From positions 21,465 through 85,464 of the forward strand of contig JAFAAV010000051.1 of NCBI GenBank assembly GCA_023426375.1: 64,000 nucleotides of DNA, read 5' to 3'. The notes below the pieces were generated by a model that was not told where the DNA came from, did not search any database, and saw only the letters and a list, made by a program, of their open reading frames with translations. Both the position numbers and the translations under genes were made by a program. This document shows, piece by piece, positions 45,524 to 54,669 of this stretch. Positions within the stretch are counted from its first letter, which is position 1. Each line of letters starts with the position of its first letter. The stretch comes from Actinomycetes bacterium. Lineage in GTDB: Bacteria > Actinomycetota > Actinomycetes > Actinomycetales > Micrococcaceae.

Positions 45524-46719
45524 GCCAACCGTCCTTCGATACGTTTCTCCGTGGCCGCGGGCCGAGCCGCGTCACACACGGCCGACACATTCGATTCCCC
45601 ACGATTCACACTACGTGTCTCCCGCAGAACCAACAGCCCGGGCGCACTCTGTTCACCACGCTCGCACAGCACGCTCAGCGGTTCGTCCAGGGTGAGCGGG
45701 CCCAGGACGTCCACCACGTAGCGAGATCTGTCCAGGAAATGGGGCTCAGGTTCGCCCGCGCGAACACGAGGATCCTGAGCCAGCGCCGCCGGCACGGAGC
45801 GTCGGTCCACGAACCACACACCGGCGTCCGTATCCCGTAGCAGCTGACTTGAGGTCAGGAACGCTTCGCCGTCATTGTCATGACTGCGCACCCGGACGAC
45901 CACGGTCGGTTGCTGGAAGACCAGACCGCGTCCGCGTGTACTCGGCAACGGGATGCGCTGGGCCAGCGCCATGGTTTCTGCGTCCTTGATGTCGCGGGTG
46001 TCCGGCCGGCCGCCCAGGTCCGGACCGTCGTGCCACGCCACAGCGCCCGGGACGTGCGCGAACCTCGCCCCGGCTTGCCAGCACCGGTACGCGAGATCCC
46101 AGTCCTCTCCCCCGTAGCCGGTGAGCGATTCATCGAAGCCACCCACGCGGTCGAAGAGCTCGCGGTCCACACCCATGAGCGCGCTGATGATGAGTCGGAA
46201 ATCCTCGACGCCCGCCTCCGCCAGGTCGTTGGTGCGAGCGTAACCGTCGGAAAGCCAGGCTGGGTCGTCGAGTCTGCGAGCGCCGTCGGCGCGCCCGAAT
46301 GCCAACCACTGCTCGATCTGTGGGCCCGTGCATGCGGAGACGTCCACGTGCTTGCGGGCGCCCACGGCCAGAACGCCGTGACCGTCGTCGTGTTGTTCGA
46401 GACCCGCGAGCATCGCGGTGAGGAACCCGGGCTCGGGCATCATGTCCCCGTCGAGGAACACCAGGTGGGGTGCCTTCGCGAGCGCCGCGCCCTTGTTCCG
46501 CGCGGCCGCCGCCCGGAAGCCCAGGTTCTCCTGCCGGGTCACGCTGATGACGTACGACGTCGCGGGGAGCGCGGGTGCCGCGGCAGAGCCGTCGTCGCTG
46601 ACGATCACTTCGAACTCCCTCGGCGGAAGATCTTGCCGTTCCAGCGCGCTGAGCAGCCGGTCGAGACCGCGCTGATTCTCGTAGTAGGGCACGATCACGC
46701 TGACCCTTGGTGCGCTCAC
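45520..46719 (-). CDS. Glycosyltransferase family 2
   Basis: VSVIVPYYENQRGLDRLLSALERQ…EVIVSDDGS…FLDGDM… GT-A signatures. GTG 46719 overlaps the upstream stop (GTGA). Confidence 0.8.
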   Translation of the reverse strand: MSAPRVSVIVPYYENQRGLDRLLSALERQDLPPREFEVIVSDDGSAAAPALPATSYVISVTRQENLGFRAAAARNKGAALAKAPHLVFLDGDMMPEPGFLTAMLAGLEQHDDGHGVLAVGARKHVDVSACTGPQIEQWLAFGRADGARRLDDPAWLSDGYARTNDLAEAGVEDFRLIISALMGVDRELFDRVGGFDESLTGYGGEDWDLAYRCWQAGARFAHVPGAVAWHDGPDLGGRPDTRDIKDAETMALAQRIPLPSTRGRGLVFQQPTVVVRVRSHDNDGEAFLTSSQLLRDTDAGVWFVDRRSVPAALAQDPRVRAGEPEPHFLDRSRYVVDVLGPLTLDEPLSVLCERGEQSAPGLLVLRETRSVNRGESNVSAVCDAARPAATEKRIEGRLA

Positions 46720-47837
46720 GGGATCATCCTGGTCGACGACGACGCCCGCACCTCTGGGGATTCGCCAGCCTCGTGGTCCGCGGCCGTCAGCCTGGACCAC
46801 TGGATCTGGGCCGCGCGAGCGATGGACGGAAGATCGGTGTCATCCCAGTCCCCGTCATCGATCCACGTGGAGGCGGGGTTCTCGAGGGCTGCGTTCAACG
46901 CCGACGGCAGGTCGTCGGTGATGGTCAAGGCCCACGGTGCACGATCGCGGAGTTCTTCGAAGAAGGGGTGCCGGGTGACGATGGGCCGGCGGCCGCTCGC
47001 AATCCATCGACCCACCGACCCCGAAGCGGACACGTGCTCGGGTGCGACCACCGGGACCGTGACAGCGCGGGCGGCTGCGGTGAGCTGTTCCTCCGACAGG
47101 AATCCAGTGAGGTGGAACGCGCGGCCCTGGGCGCGGGCGAGGCGTTCGAACTCGACCACGAGATCCTGGTGGCCGTCCGAAGGTCGACCCAGCGCGGCGA
47201 CGTCGGCGGGGTGAGGACTGGTGGCCAGCGCGGACAAGACCTGCTCATGACCTTTCCCCGGATATACGAACCCGAGCAACCCCACAGTGGGGCAATTCGT
47301 GGGAAAGCCCACGTGCTCAGAGACTGACTCGGCCGCGGGGGCACGATCAATGGGCAACGGGTCCACGTCCACGCGTGTCCGCGGCGAGATACCCGCGTGC
47401 CGTTGCAAGAGGCCGCGTTCGTACTCGCTGCTCACGATCACCGTGTGCGCAGCCGCGATCACGCGGGCGTAACCGGCGCAGCGGGCGGCGAACGCGTGAC
47501 CGTCGGACGGCTGCGGGATGTCGTGAAGCGTGACGGACACGGGGCGGACGGCGGCGATCTGTTCGATCGCTTCAGCTGCCTCGGCCGCGTCGCGACCGAA
47601 AATGCGATCCGTGAAGTGGACGTGCACCGGGCCCTGATCGGTGAGCAACCGCGGGAGCACCTCCGAGATCTCACCCTCGATACGCGCGGCCTGCGGAGTG
47701 TGATCGGCCAGGGCGTTCGCGTGCATCCTGACCCCGTGCTGCAGCGGTCCGACGATAGCAAGGGTGGTTACTTTCACGTCCGAAACTTTACCGGACCGTT
47801 CCTCCCCCGTGGTCGACGGCGCCGCAGCCCGGCTCAC
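46716..47837 (-). CDS. Glycosyltransferase (GT-B/GT1-like)
   Basis: …VGLLGFVYPGKGHEQVL… and …VPVVAPEHVSASGSVGRWIASGRRPIV… resemble a GT1 C-terminal domain. GTG 47837 overlaps the desaturase stop (GTGA); alternative start at 47777. Confidence 0.55.
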   Translation of the reverse strand: MSRAAAPSTTGEERSGKVSDVKVTTLAIVGPLQHGVRMHANALADHTPQAARIEGEISEVLPRLLTDQGPVHVHFTDRIFGRDAAEAAEAIEQIAAVRPVSVTLHDIPQPSDGHAFAARCAGYARVIAAAHTVIVSSEYERGLLQRHAGISPRTRVDVDPLPIDRAPAAESVSEHVGFPTNCPTVGLLGFVYPGKGHEQVLSALATSPHPADVAALGRPSDGHQDLVVEFERLARAQGRAFHLTGFLSEEQLTAAARAVTVPVVAPEHVSASGSVGRWIASGRRPIVTRHPFFEELRDRAPWALTITDDLPSALNAALENPASTWIDDGDWDDTDLPSIARAAQIQWSRLTAADHEAGESPEVRASSSTRMIP

Positions 47838-48949
47838 GGGAGGGCGAGCCGGAAGACCTTACACCACGCCTCGAAGACCTGCTTGGGCAGCGGACCGGAG
47901 GTGTAGGGAATGCCGTACTCCTCGCAGATCGCCTTGACCCTCGGCGCGATCTCAGCCATGCGGTTGGACGGCAGATCCGGGAACAAGTGGTGTTCGATCT
48001 GGAACGACAGGTTGCCGGTCATGAAGTGCATGAACTTGGAACCGTCGATGTTGGCCGAGCCCATGGCCTGACGCAGGTACCAGTGACCGCGGGACTCGTT
48101 CTCGATGTCCTCTTCGGTGAAGGTCTCTGCGCCATCCGGGAAGTGACCGCAGAAGATCACGGCGTGGGCCCACAGGTTGCGAATCACGTTGGCAGCGACG
48201 TAGCCCTTGATCGAGGACTTGGCCGAGCCCGTCAGCGAGGCCAACAGCGGTGACAGCACGAAATCCTTGGCACTCTGACGCCCGAACTTCTTCAAGACCC
48301 GCTTAAGGTCCTTGAGCATTGCCTCCTTGGGCTTGTTGCCCTCCAAGTACTGGTCGAACTCGATGTCATAAATGGCGATGCCCCACTCGAACATGGGCGC
48401 CAGACCGGCGTTGATCACCGGGTTGAGCAGGTTGGCCGGGCGCCACGGTTGCGACGGATCCATGCGCAACACGTTGTACCCCACGTCCCGGTCCTTACCG
48501 ACCACGTTGGTCCAGGTGTGGTGGGTTTCGTTGTGAGTGCGCTGCCATCCGGAAGCCGGCGCCACGAAATCCCACTCCCAGGTGGTCGAGTGGATTTCCA
48601 TGTCGTTCATCCAGTCCCACTGACCGTGCAGAACGTTGTGGCCGATCTCCATGTTTTCCAGGATCTTGCCACCCGCCAGGCAGCCCACACCCAAGAACCA
48701 CAGGGGCTTGTGCTTGGAGAACAACATGGAGGCGCGCCCCACCATTTCCAAGCTGCGCTGAAGCTTGATCACACGATTGATGTAGCGCGCGTCCGAATCT
48801 CCCCGCTTAGCAGTGATGTCATCGCGGATCGCGTCGAACTTGACCTCGAGCTCAATGAGCTGTTCTTCGGTGAGGTTCAAGGGGTTGGGCGTCGGGCGCG
48901 TCCGCTCAATCTCAAAGGTCGGTGTCTGCTCTTCCAATGTTGCTGTCAT
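47834..48949 (-). CDS. Membrane acyl-CoA/fatty-acid desaturase (DesA3/DesB-like)
   Basis: Three His boxes (HNVLHGQW, HNETHHTW, QIEHHLFP). AGGAG RBS upstream of ATG 48949. Confidence 0.85.
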   Translation of the reverse strand: MTATLEEQTPTFEIERTRPTPNPLNLTEEQLIELEVKFDAIRDDITAKRGDSDARYINRVIKLQRSLEMVGRASMLFSKHKPLWFLGVGCLAGGKILENMEIGHNVLHGQWDWMNDMEIHSTTWEWDFVAPASGWQRTHNETHHTWTNVVGKDRDVGYNVLRMDPSQPWRPANLLNPVINAGLAPMFEWGIAIYDIEFDQYLEGNKPKEAMLKDLKRVLKKFGRQSAKDFVLSPLLASLTGSAKSSIKGYVAANVIRNLWAHAVIFCGHFPDGAETFTEEDIENESRGHWYLRQAMGSANIDGSKFMHFMTGNLSFQIEHHLFPDLPSNRMAEIAPRVKAICEEYGIPYTSGPLPKQVFEAWCKVFRLALP

Positions 48950-49024
48950 GCGTTGCTCCTTCAAAGTGTTCGGGGTGCCTGTCGGCAAGATCTGCGGGGT
49001 GACTCTCGGACGGGGAAAGCTCCG

Positions 49025-50230
49025 CTACACGTCCAATGCCACCCAGGGGGCTGGTCGGTTGATACACGTTTGCACCAGGCCTGGATCGTGGGTGACCTCT
49101 CCGGTTCGAATATCGGAAACCTGTCCGTCTGTCATGGGCACCAGGCAGCTGCGGCAGATTCCGATGCGACAACCGTGCCGCAGTTGTCTACCGGATTTCT
49201 CGGCGGCTTCCAGGATGGAATCTGCGCCGGTGACCTCAAGGGTCTCTTCGGACTGTGAGAAGTACACCTCCCCGTTGCCGCTGGCGCTCGTGCGCCGGGT
49301 GACGTCAAAACGTTCCACCCGGGACTCACCGCCGAACAGGGTGGCCAATTCCTGCACTTGGCTCACGAAGGAATCGGGGCCGGACGAGTAGATCTCGCGG
49401 TCCTGATAATCCGGGCACAGGCGCGGAATGTCACCCGTCTCGGAGAAATCGATCCGGCCGTCTTCGTGACTGAACCAGAAGATGGGTTTCAAGCCGGGGA
49501 ACTGGTCAGCCAGTTCGAGGATTTCATCGTGGAAGATGCAATCTTCCGGTGTTCTTGAGGAATACAGCAGGACCACGTCGTGGTCGGGGCGGCGCGGCAT
49601 GAGCGTGCGGAGCATGGACATCACCGGGGTGATACCGGAGCCTGCCACGATGAACAGAATGCTCGCGGGAGTTTCCTCCAGCACGAACTGCCCCGAGGGC
49701 TCTTCCAAGTAGAGGAGAGTTCCGGGCTCGGCGTCGTTCACCAGGAACGTGGACACCGCACCATTGGCCTTCACCGTGATGGATGGATCGTGACCCTCCG
49801 CCGCGCTGATGGAGAACGGACGCCACACGCGCTTGCCGTTCAGGGAGACGCCGATACGTGCCCATTGGCCCGCCACGTGGGGAATCCAGCCGTCGCCGGC
49901 CTTGAAGAAGATGGTGGAGGTATCAGCGGTTTCACGCGTCACACGGGAAATGACTCCCCTGGTGTATCGTGCGCTGGTCAGGTTGTGGAAAACCTGCAGG
50001 AAGTCTTTCGGATCACGCGGATACGTGAACTGAGAGACGGCGAATTTCAGGACTTTTCGAGCGCTATTTCGCTTCACTCTGGGCCCCCACTTCTGGTCTA
50101 TCGCCAATCTTGTGAATCTGAATATCAGGTTGCTCTCTGTGCGAACGGAATCGGCAGTTTCACCGACCTCCGAAGCCGGAACCTGTTGACGATCTGCGCG
50201 GGTCCTCGGTCTCGATGGTTGTTCAGCCAC
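49025..50230 (-). CDS. Ferredoxin reductase-type oxidoreductase with C-terminal 2Fe-2S domain (desaturase partner, Rv3230c/DesC-like)
   Basis: FAD/NAD module (RPFSIS, GSGITPVMS) and plant-type ferredoxin Cys cluster (HGCRIGICRSC). Lies directly upstream of the desaturase. Confidence 0.8.
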   Translation of the reverse strand: MAEQPSRPRTRADRQQVPASEVGETADSVRTESNLIFRFTRLAIDQKWGPRVKRNSARKVLKFAVSQFTYPRDPKDFLQVFHNLTSARYTRGVISRVTRETADTSTIFFKAGDGWIPHVAGQWARIGVSLNGKRVWRPFSISAAEGHDPSITVKANGAVSTFLVNDAEPGTLLYLEEPSGQFVLEETPASILFIVAGSGITPVMSMLRTLMPRRPDHDVVLLYSSRTPEDCIFHDEILELADQFPGLKPIFWFSHEDGRIDFSETGDIPRLCPDYQDREIYSSGPDSFVSQVQELATLFGGESRVERFDVTRRTSASGNGEVYFSQSEETLEVTGADSILEAAEKSGRQLRHGCRIGICRSCLVPMTDGQVSDIRTGEVTHDPGLVQTCINRPAPWVALDV

Positions 50231-50396
50231 TCGGGATCGTGCGTGGCCGGAACGTTCTTACCTTAACAACCAGGCATGCGTGCCCACACCGAGCCTGCTG
50301 ATTGTTACCTGGACGACACCCGGGACTGCCCGATGGTTGGCGGCGACGTTGCACCGGTAACGAGCACCTTCCCGCCCACCCACTCGCCACATTGTT

Positions 50397-50422
50397 GCAC
50401 TTGTGCAAGCTTGCACGAGTGC
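50397..50422. promoter_or_regulatory. Candidate TetR operator (26-bp near-perfect palindrome) overlapping a -10-like box
   Basis: gcacttgtgcaagcttgcacgagtgc; the core gtgcaagcttgcac is perfectly palindromic. cataat (50422-50427) ends 8 nt before the GTG start of the TetR gene. Confidence 0.55.
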
Positions 50423-50435
50423 ATAATCTGTACTG

Positions 50436-51056
50436 GTGCCAGAAGAAAATGTGTCATTACGTGAGCGCCATCGAACGCAGACGTCCCGTGAGATCCACGA
50501 GGCAGCCTGGGAGCTGACCCAAGGCAACGGATACGCTGCCACCACGGTGGAGGCCATTGCCGAACGCGCCGGGGTCTCTCGTCGGACGTTCTTCAACTAC
50601 TTCGCGTGCAAGGAAGACGCCGTTCTGGGGTTGAAACCTGTCCACATGCCTCAGGCCGATCTGGAGCGGTACCAGGACTCCAGCAACGGCGACGAGTTCT
50701 CCCGGACCGTGCGTCTCTTCCAGGCCGTCCTCCGGCATTCCGCGGAGTTCGGCGCTACCGGCAAGGAGCGCAAGGACCTGCTCGCAGCCAACCCCGACCT
50801 CTCGCGCAAGATCGGGCTGCACATTACGGCGGCCGAGTCCTTGGTGGCTTCGACCGTTGCGGAGCATTCCGGCGGATCGAGCAGCACTCGCGACTCCGAC
50901 AGGTCGCAAGCGTACGTTCTGATGGCCGGCTCGGTCCTCAAATACGTGTACCGGAACAACGAAGACCTGACCAGCAATTCTGACGCGAGCGTGGTCGACC
51001 GCGCCGTGGAGCAGGCCCTGTCCGTCTTCCGATCCGCTTTCAAGGAGATCTCATGA
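50436..51056 (+). CDS. TetR family transcriptional regulator
   Basis: HTH region IHEAAWELTQGNGYAATTVEAIAERAGVSRRTFFNYFACKEDA. ATGA overlap with the MFS gene. Confidence 0.85.
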   Translation: MPEENVSLRERHRTQTSREIHEAAWELTQGNGYAATTVEAIAERAGVSRRTFFNYFACKEDAVLGLKPVHMPQADLERYQDSSNGDEFSRTVRLFQAVLRHSAEFGATGKERKDLLAANPDLSRKIGLHITAAESLVASTVAEHSGGSSSTRDSDRSQAYVLMAGSVLKYVYRNNEDLTSNSDASVVDRAVEQALSVFRSAFKEIS

Positions 51057-52702
51057 GCCAGACCACGGCGCCCGAGTCGGGCCGGAAGACGACCTCCCAG
51101 GAAACTACACCTGCACCCCGATTGGTGCTGCTGTTCGCGGCGCTCATGATGGTCATGCTGCTGGCGGCACTTTCCCAGACGATTCTCTCCACCGCCCTAC
51201 CCACCATGGTGGGCGAGCTCGGCGGGGTGGACCACATGAGCTGGGTCATCACCGCCTACATCCTGGCCTCGACCATCATGATGCCGGTGTACGGGCGGGT
51301 CTCCGACCTTTTGGGGCGTAAACCCATCCTGCTCGCGGCAGTCGTTCTGTTCATCGTCGGTTCAGTGATCGGTGCGGCGGCTGATTCCATGACCCTGCTC
51401 ATCGCGGCACGAGTGGTCCAAGGCCTGGGCGGCGGAGGCTTGATGATCCTGTCCCAGGCCGCCATCGCGGACGTGGTCCCCGCGCGCGAGCGCGGTAAGT
51501 ACATGGGCGTGATGGGCGCCGTCTTCGCGGTGGCATCCGTGGCCGGCCCGCTGCTGGGCGGCTGGTTGACCGAGGGCCCCGGATGGCGCTGGGCCTTCAT
51601 CATCAACGTTCCCTTGGGAATCATGGCTTTCGCGGCCGTGAGTGTCTTCCTGCGGATCCCGCGCCCCGAACGCGCCAAGTCCCTGCACATCGACTACCTG
51701 GGCATGGTGCTTTTGGCGCTGGCCACCACCACTCTCATTCTGGTGTGCACGTGGGGCGGCCAACAGTACGACTGGCTGTCACCGCAGATCCTGGGGCTCG
51801 CGTTGGTCACCGTGGCTGCAGCGATTGGTTTCGTGGTGACCGAATCCAAGGTGAAGCACCCCGTCATCCCGTTGAAACTCTTCGCGGATCGGAACTTCAC
51901 GCTGACCACCGTGGCCGGATTGATGGTGGGCATCGTGATGTTCGGTGCGCTGGGTTACATGCCCACCTACATCCAGATGGCCAAGGGTGTGGATGCCACC
52001 ACTGCAGGCCTGCTCATGACGCCCATGATGGGTAGCCTGCTGGTCACGTCCATCGTCTCGGGGCAAATCGTCTCCAAGACCGGCAGGTACAAGTTCTTCC
52101 CGCTCACGGGCATGGTGGTCACCGGTCTGGGACTGTGGCTCATGTCCACCATGACCGCGGCGGATCCCATCTGGAAGCTGTGCCTGTTCATTGCAGTCTT
52201 CGGCGCGGGCATCGGTTTGAGCATGCAGATCCTGGTGCTCATCGTGCAGAACTCGTTCCCCAACCGGGTGGTTGGAACCGCCACGGCCTCGAGCAATTTC
52301 TTCCGTCAGGTGGGCGCCACGGTCGGGTCCGCCGTGGTGGGTTCGGTGTTCGTGACGCGCTTGCACGACCTGCTGGCCGAGCGCATGCCTCCGGCCGCCG
52401 CGGACGCCCCGATCAGTGCCAACTCGCTGACACCGGGCACGGTACAGGGCCTGCCTGATGCCCTGCGTCTTCCCGTGATCGACTCATACAACGATGCGCT
52501 CCTGCCCATCTTCTTGTTCATGGTGCCGTTGACGATCATCGCCCTGGCTCTGCTCTGTTTCGTGGTGGAGAAGCCCTTGGCCACGCATATCGACCGCGAC
52601 GTCCACGTCCCCGAAGACAGCGAACCGGTTGATGACGCAGCCCCTGAGACCAAACGTCAGGAGATAGAACCGACCGTCACCGGGAGCCGCTCCGCACGCT
52701 GA
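51053..52702 (+). CDS. MFS transporter, DHA2 (14-TMS EmrB/QacA-like) family
   Basis: 549 aa, about 14 TM helices, motif A GRVSDLLGRKP, motif C-like segment. Confidence 0.85.
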   Translation: MSQTTAPESGRKTTSQETTPAPRLVLLFAALMMVMLLAALSQTILSTALPTMVGELGGVDHMSWVITAYILASTIMMPVYGRVSDLLGRKPILLAAVVLFIVGSVIGAAADSMTLLIAARVVQGLGGGGLMILSQAAIADVVPARERGKYMGVMGAVFAVASVAGPLLGGWLTEGPGWRWAFIINVPLGIMAFAAVSVFLRIPRPERAKSLHIDYLGMVLLALATTTLILVCTWGGQQYDWLSPQILGLALVTVAAAIGFVVTESKVKHPVIPLKLFADRNFTLTTVAGLMVGIVMFGALGYMPTYIQMAKGVDATTAGLLMTPMMGSLLVTSIVSGQIVSKTGRYKFFPLTGMVVTGLGLWLMSTMTAADPIWKLCLFIAVFGAGIGLSMQILVLIVQNSFPNRVVGTATASSNFFRQVGATVGSAVVGSVFVTRLHDLLAERMPPAAADAPISANSLTPGTVQGLPDALRLPVIDSYNDALLPIFLFMVPLTIIALALLCFVVEKPLATHIDRDVHVPEDSEPVDDAAPETKRQEIEPTVTGSRSAR

Positions 52703-52707
52703 ACCGC

Positions 52708-52771
52708 TGTAAAACGATCGACGGTACGGCCAGAAATTCGCATTTCTTGGGTCGTACCGTCGATCGTTTTA
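52708..52771. terminator. Long palindromic stem-loop between convergent genes
   Basis: Perfect 20-bp arms gtaaaacgatcgacggtacg / cgtaccgtcgatcgttttac. The 24-nt interior contains a further agaaat/atttct pairing. Confidence 0.6.
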
Positions 52772-52822
52772 CGGAGCCCCGCGGTCGCAGGGTTCTAACG
52801 TCTATCAGAGTGCACCAGTCGG

Positions 52823-54571
52823 TCAGTCCTCGTCCGGGAGTTCCCGCTGGATGTCCTCCACCAGGTCACCAATCAGCTCGGGAGCCTCGTCCAGACGCGC
52901 CCGCAGGGACGCCATCTCGATGCCGTGCAACAGTCCCACGGCGTAACGGTCCTTGCCGGTCCGCTGGAAACTGCGGGCCACGCGAGCCAGCCAGTGCTCC
53001 ATGACCGCGCAGTCCGTCAAGGATCCGAGTTCGTCCTGGTAATCCTTGGCGTACGACGCCGCTTTGGAGCGCTTCTTACCGGGATAGGCATCAGCGTGGT
53101 CCAGGGCATCGCTGACGTAACGGACGGATTTGATGGCCTTTCGGGCATCGTGCAGGTGGTCGAAGTACACCGCCAGTTCCACGGGGTCTTCGTCTGCCAA
53201 GGCCAGACGTTCACTCAGTTCTGCACCCAATTCGCTGACCTCGGTTCGCCCAGTCTCGGAGTCCACTGCAGGCTGAGCTGTAGCCTCCTGGATCACGTCC
53301 CGCAACGCGGTACTCATGACTGCCTTCGCGAACTTCTTGGTCGACAGCTCCGCGGCCTTCTCCCCGAAGGAAGCATCCTGGAACAACGCCCGCAGGTCGG
53401 TCAGCAACTGGAGGTGTGCGGTACTGTCCAGCATGCGACGGACCGCACGAGCGGCGTCGTCGGCGCCCGTTTGGGAGGCGGCGAACAAGTCCTGACGAGC
53501 GGTGGCCGAAATCTGGCCCTGGAACTCGTTGTCCAGGCGGCCGTGCAGCAGCTCCGCCGCGACTTCCTCATCGCGTGCATCGCTGAGAGCACGGGCCAAA
53601 GTCTTGAGACGTTCTTCGAGGTCCGCCCCGGTCTGTTCCGGAATGAAGTCCCGAGCGGCGTGCAAGACGCTGCGCAGAGCACGGCTTCGCACACGCATCT
53701 GGTGCACGGAATCGTCCGCACCGATGCGCACGGCGAAATCCCAGTGCTGCAGCTGGCGGGTCAGGGTTTCGCACATGGCCAGCAGCACGTCCTGACCATT
53801 GGCAGGCTCGCCCTGAACGGACTCTGAGGCTTTCTTCTTCTCGGATTCTTTCTTGGACTTCTTCGAGGTCTTGTCCTTCTTCGAAGAGCCCTTGGCATTC
53901 TTCGAAGATTCTTCGGAACTGTTCTTGTCCTGGGCGGGAACTTCCTTGACCGGGGCCTTGTCCTGTCCCAGGGCACGCGCGATCTTGGCCGGCGACTTGG
54001 ACGCCACGGCCCCCGCCTCGAAGAGCACGTCTTCCACGGCCGAGAAGACCGCCTTGGACTGCTTCTTACTCAGGTCGCTGGAGCTGAGCTCGATCTCGCA
54101 CTCGCTCCATTCGCGGTCGATCCCGGCACGCTCATCACGCGCGCACACGAAGTCCACGCACAGCACGGCATGCTGCTGGCCGTCTTGTGCGGTGATCGGA
54201 TACTCGGCGCGCTTGGTGTTGATGGTCGCCACCGGGGTGAGGGGCTGGTCCAAAGTGATCCCGACCAGCGTCTTACGCAATGCGGCGGGCATGCGAGTGG
54301 AGGTCTTGAGCGGTTCGTAATGCAGTTCCCCACGCACTTTGCCGGCCTTGTACTTCACGTGCCAGCCGTCGTCCCCGCCACCCGCACGACGTCGCACGGC
54401 CACGTTGGCGCCGCTCAGTGCGTAGTCCGCGGTGTCGTAATACGCAGCCGTCATGTCGTAGATGGCGGGCTCCCCCACCGTGAAGCCTTCGACCTTGTGC
54501 AGCTTGATCTTGGCCGCTTGTTTGGGCGACACATCGTACTTGCGTTCAATCTCCCACTGATGCTGGGCCAT
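52823..54571 (-). CDS. CYTH and CHAD domain protein
   Basis: N-terminal triphosphate-tunnel signature (WEIERKY…), a Lys/Ser-rich linker, and a C-terminal helical CHAD-like region with conserved His and Arg. Confidence 0.75.
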   Translation of the reverse strand: MAQHQWEIERKYDVSPKQAAKIKLHKVEGFTVGEPAIYDMTAAYYDTADYALSGANVAVRRRAGGGDDGWHVKYKAGKVRGELHYEPLKTSTRMPAALRKTLVGITLDQPLTPVATINTKRAEYPITAQDGQQHAVLCVDFVCARDERAGIDREWSECEIELSSSDLSKKQSKAVFSAVEDVLFEAGAVASKSPAKIARALGQDKAPVKEVPAQDKNSSEESSKNAKGSSKKDKTSKKSKKESEKKKASESVQGEPANGQDVLLAMCETLTRQLQHWDFAVRIGADDSVHQMRVRSRALRSVLHAARDFIPEQTGADLEERLKTLARALSDARDEEVAAELLHGRLDNEFQGQISATARQDLFAASQTGADDAARAVRRMLDSTAHLQLLTDLRALFQDASFGEKAAELSTKKFAKAVMSTALRDVIQEATAQPAVDSETGRTEVSELGAELSERLALADEDPVELAVYFDHLHDARKAIKSVRYVSDALDHADAYPGKKRSKAASYAKDYQDELGSLTDCAVMEHWLARVARSFQRTGKDRYAVGLLHGIEMASLRARLDEAPELIGDLVEDIQRELPDED

Positions 54572-54669
54572 GACTCTCCCTAGATATGAATCGCGCCGCG
54601 ACCTTCCCTTTCGGGTGCGGCCGCGGCGCGGAATCGAAATACTTGGTAAAAACTGTGTGGTGCTACGCG

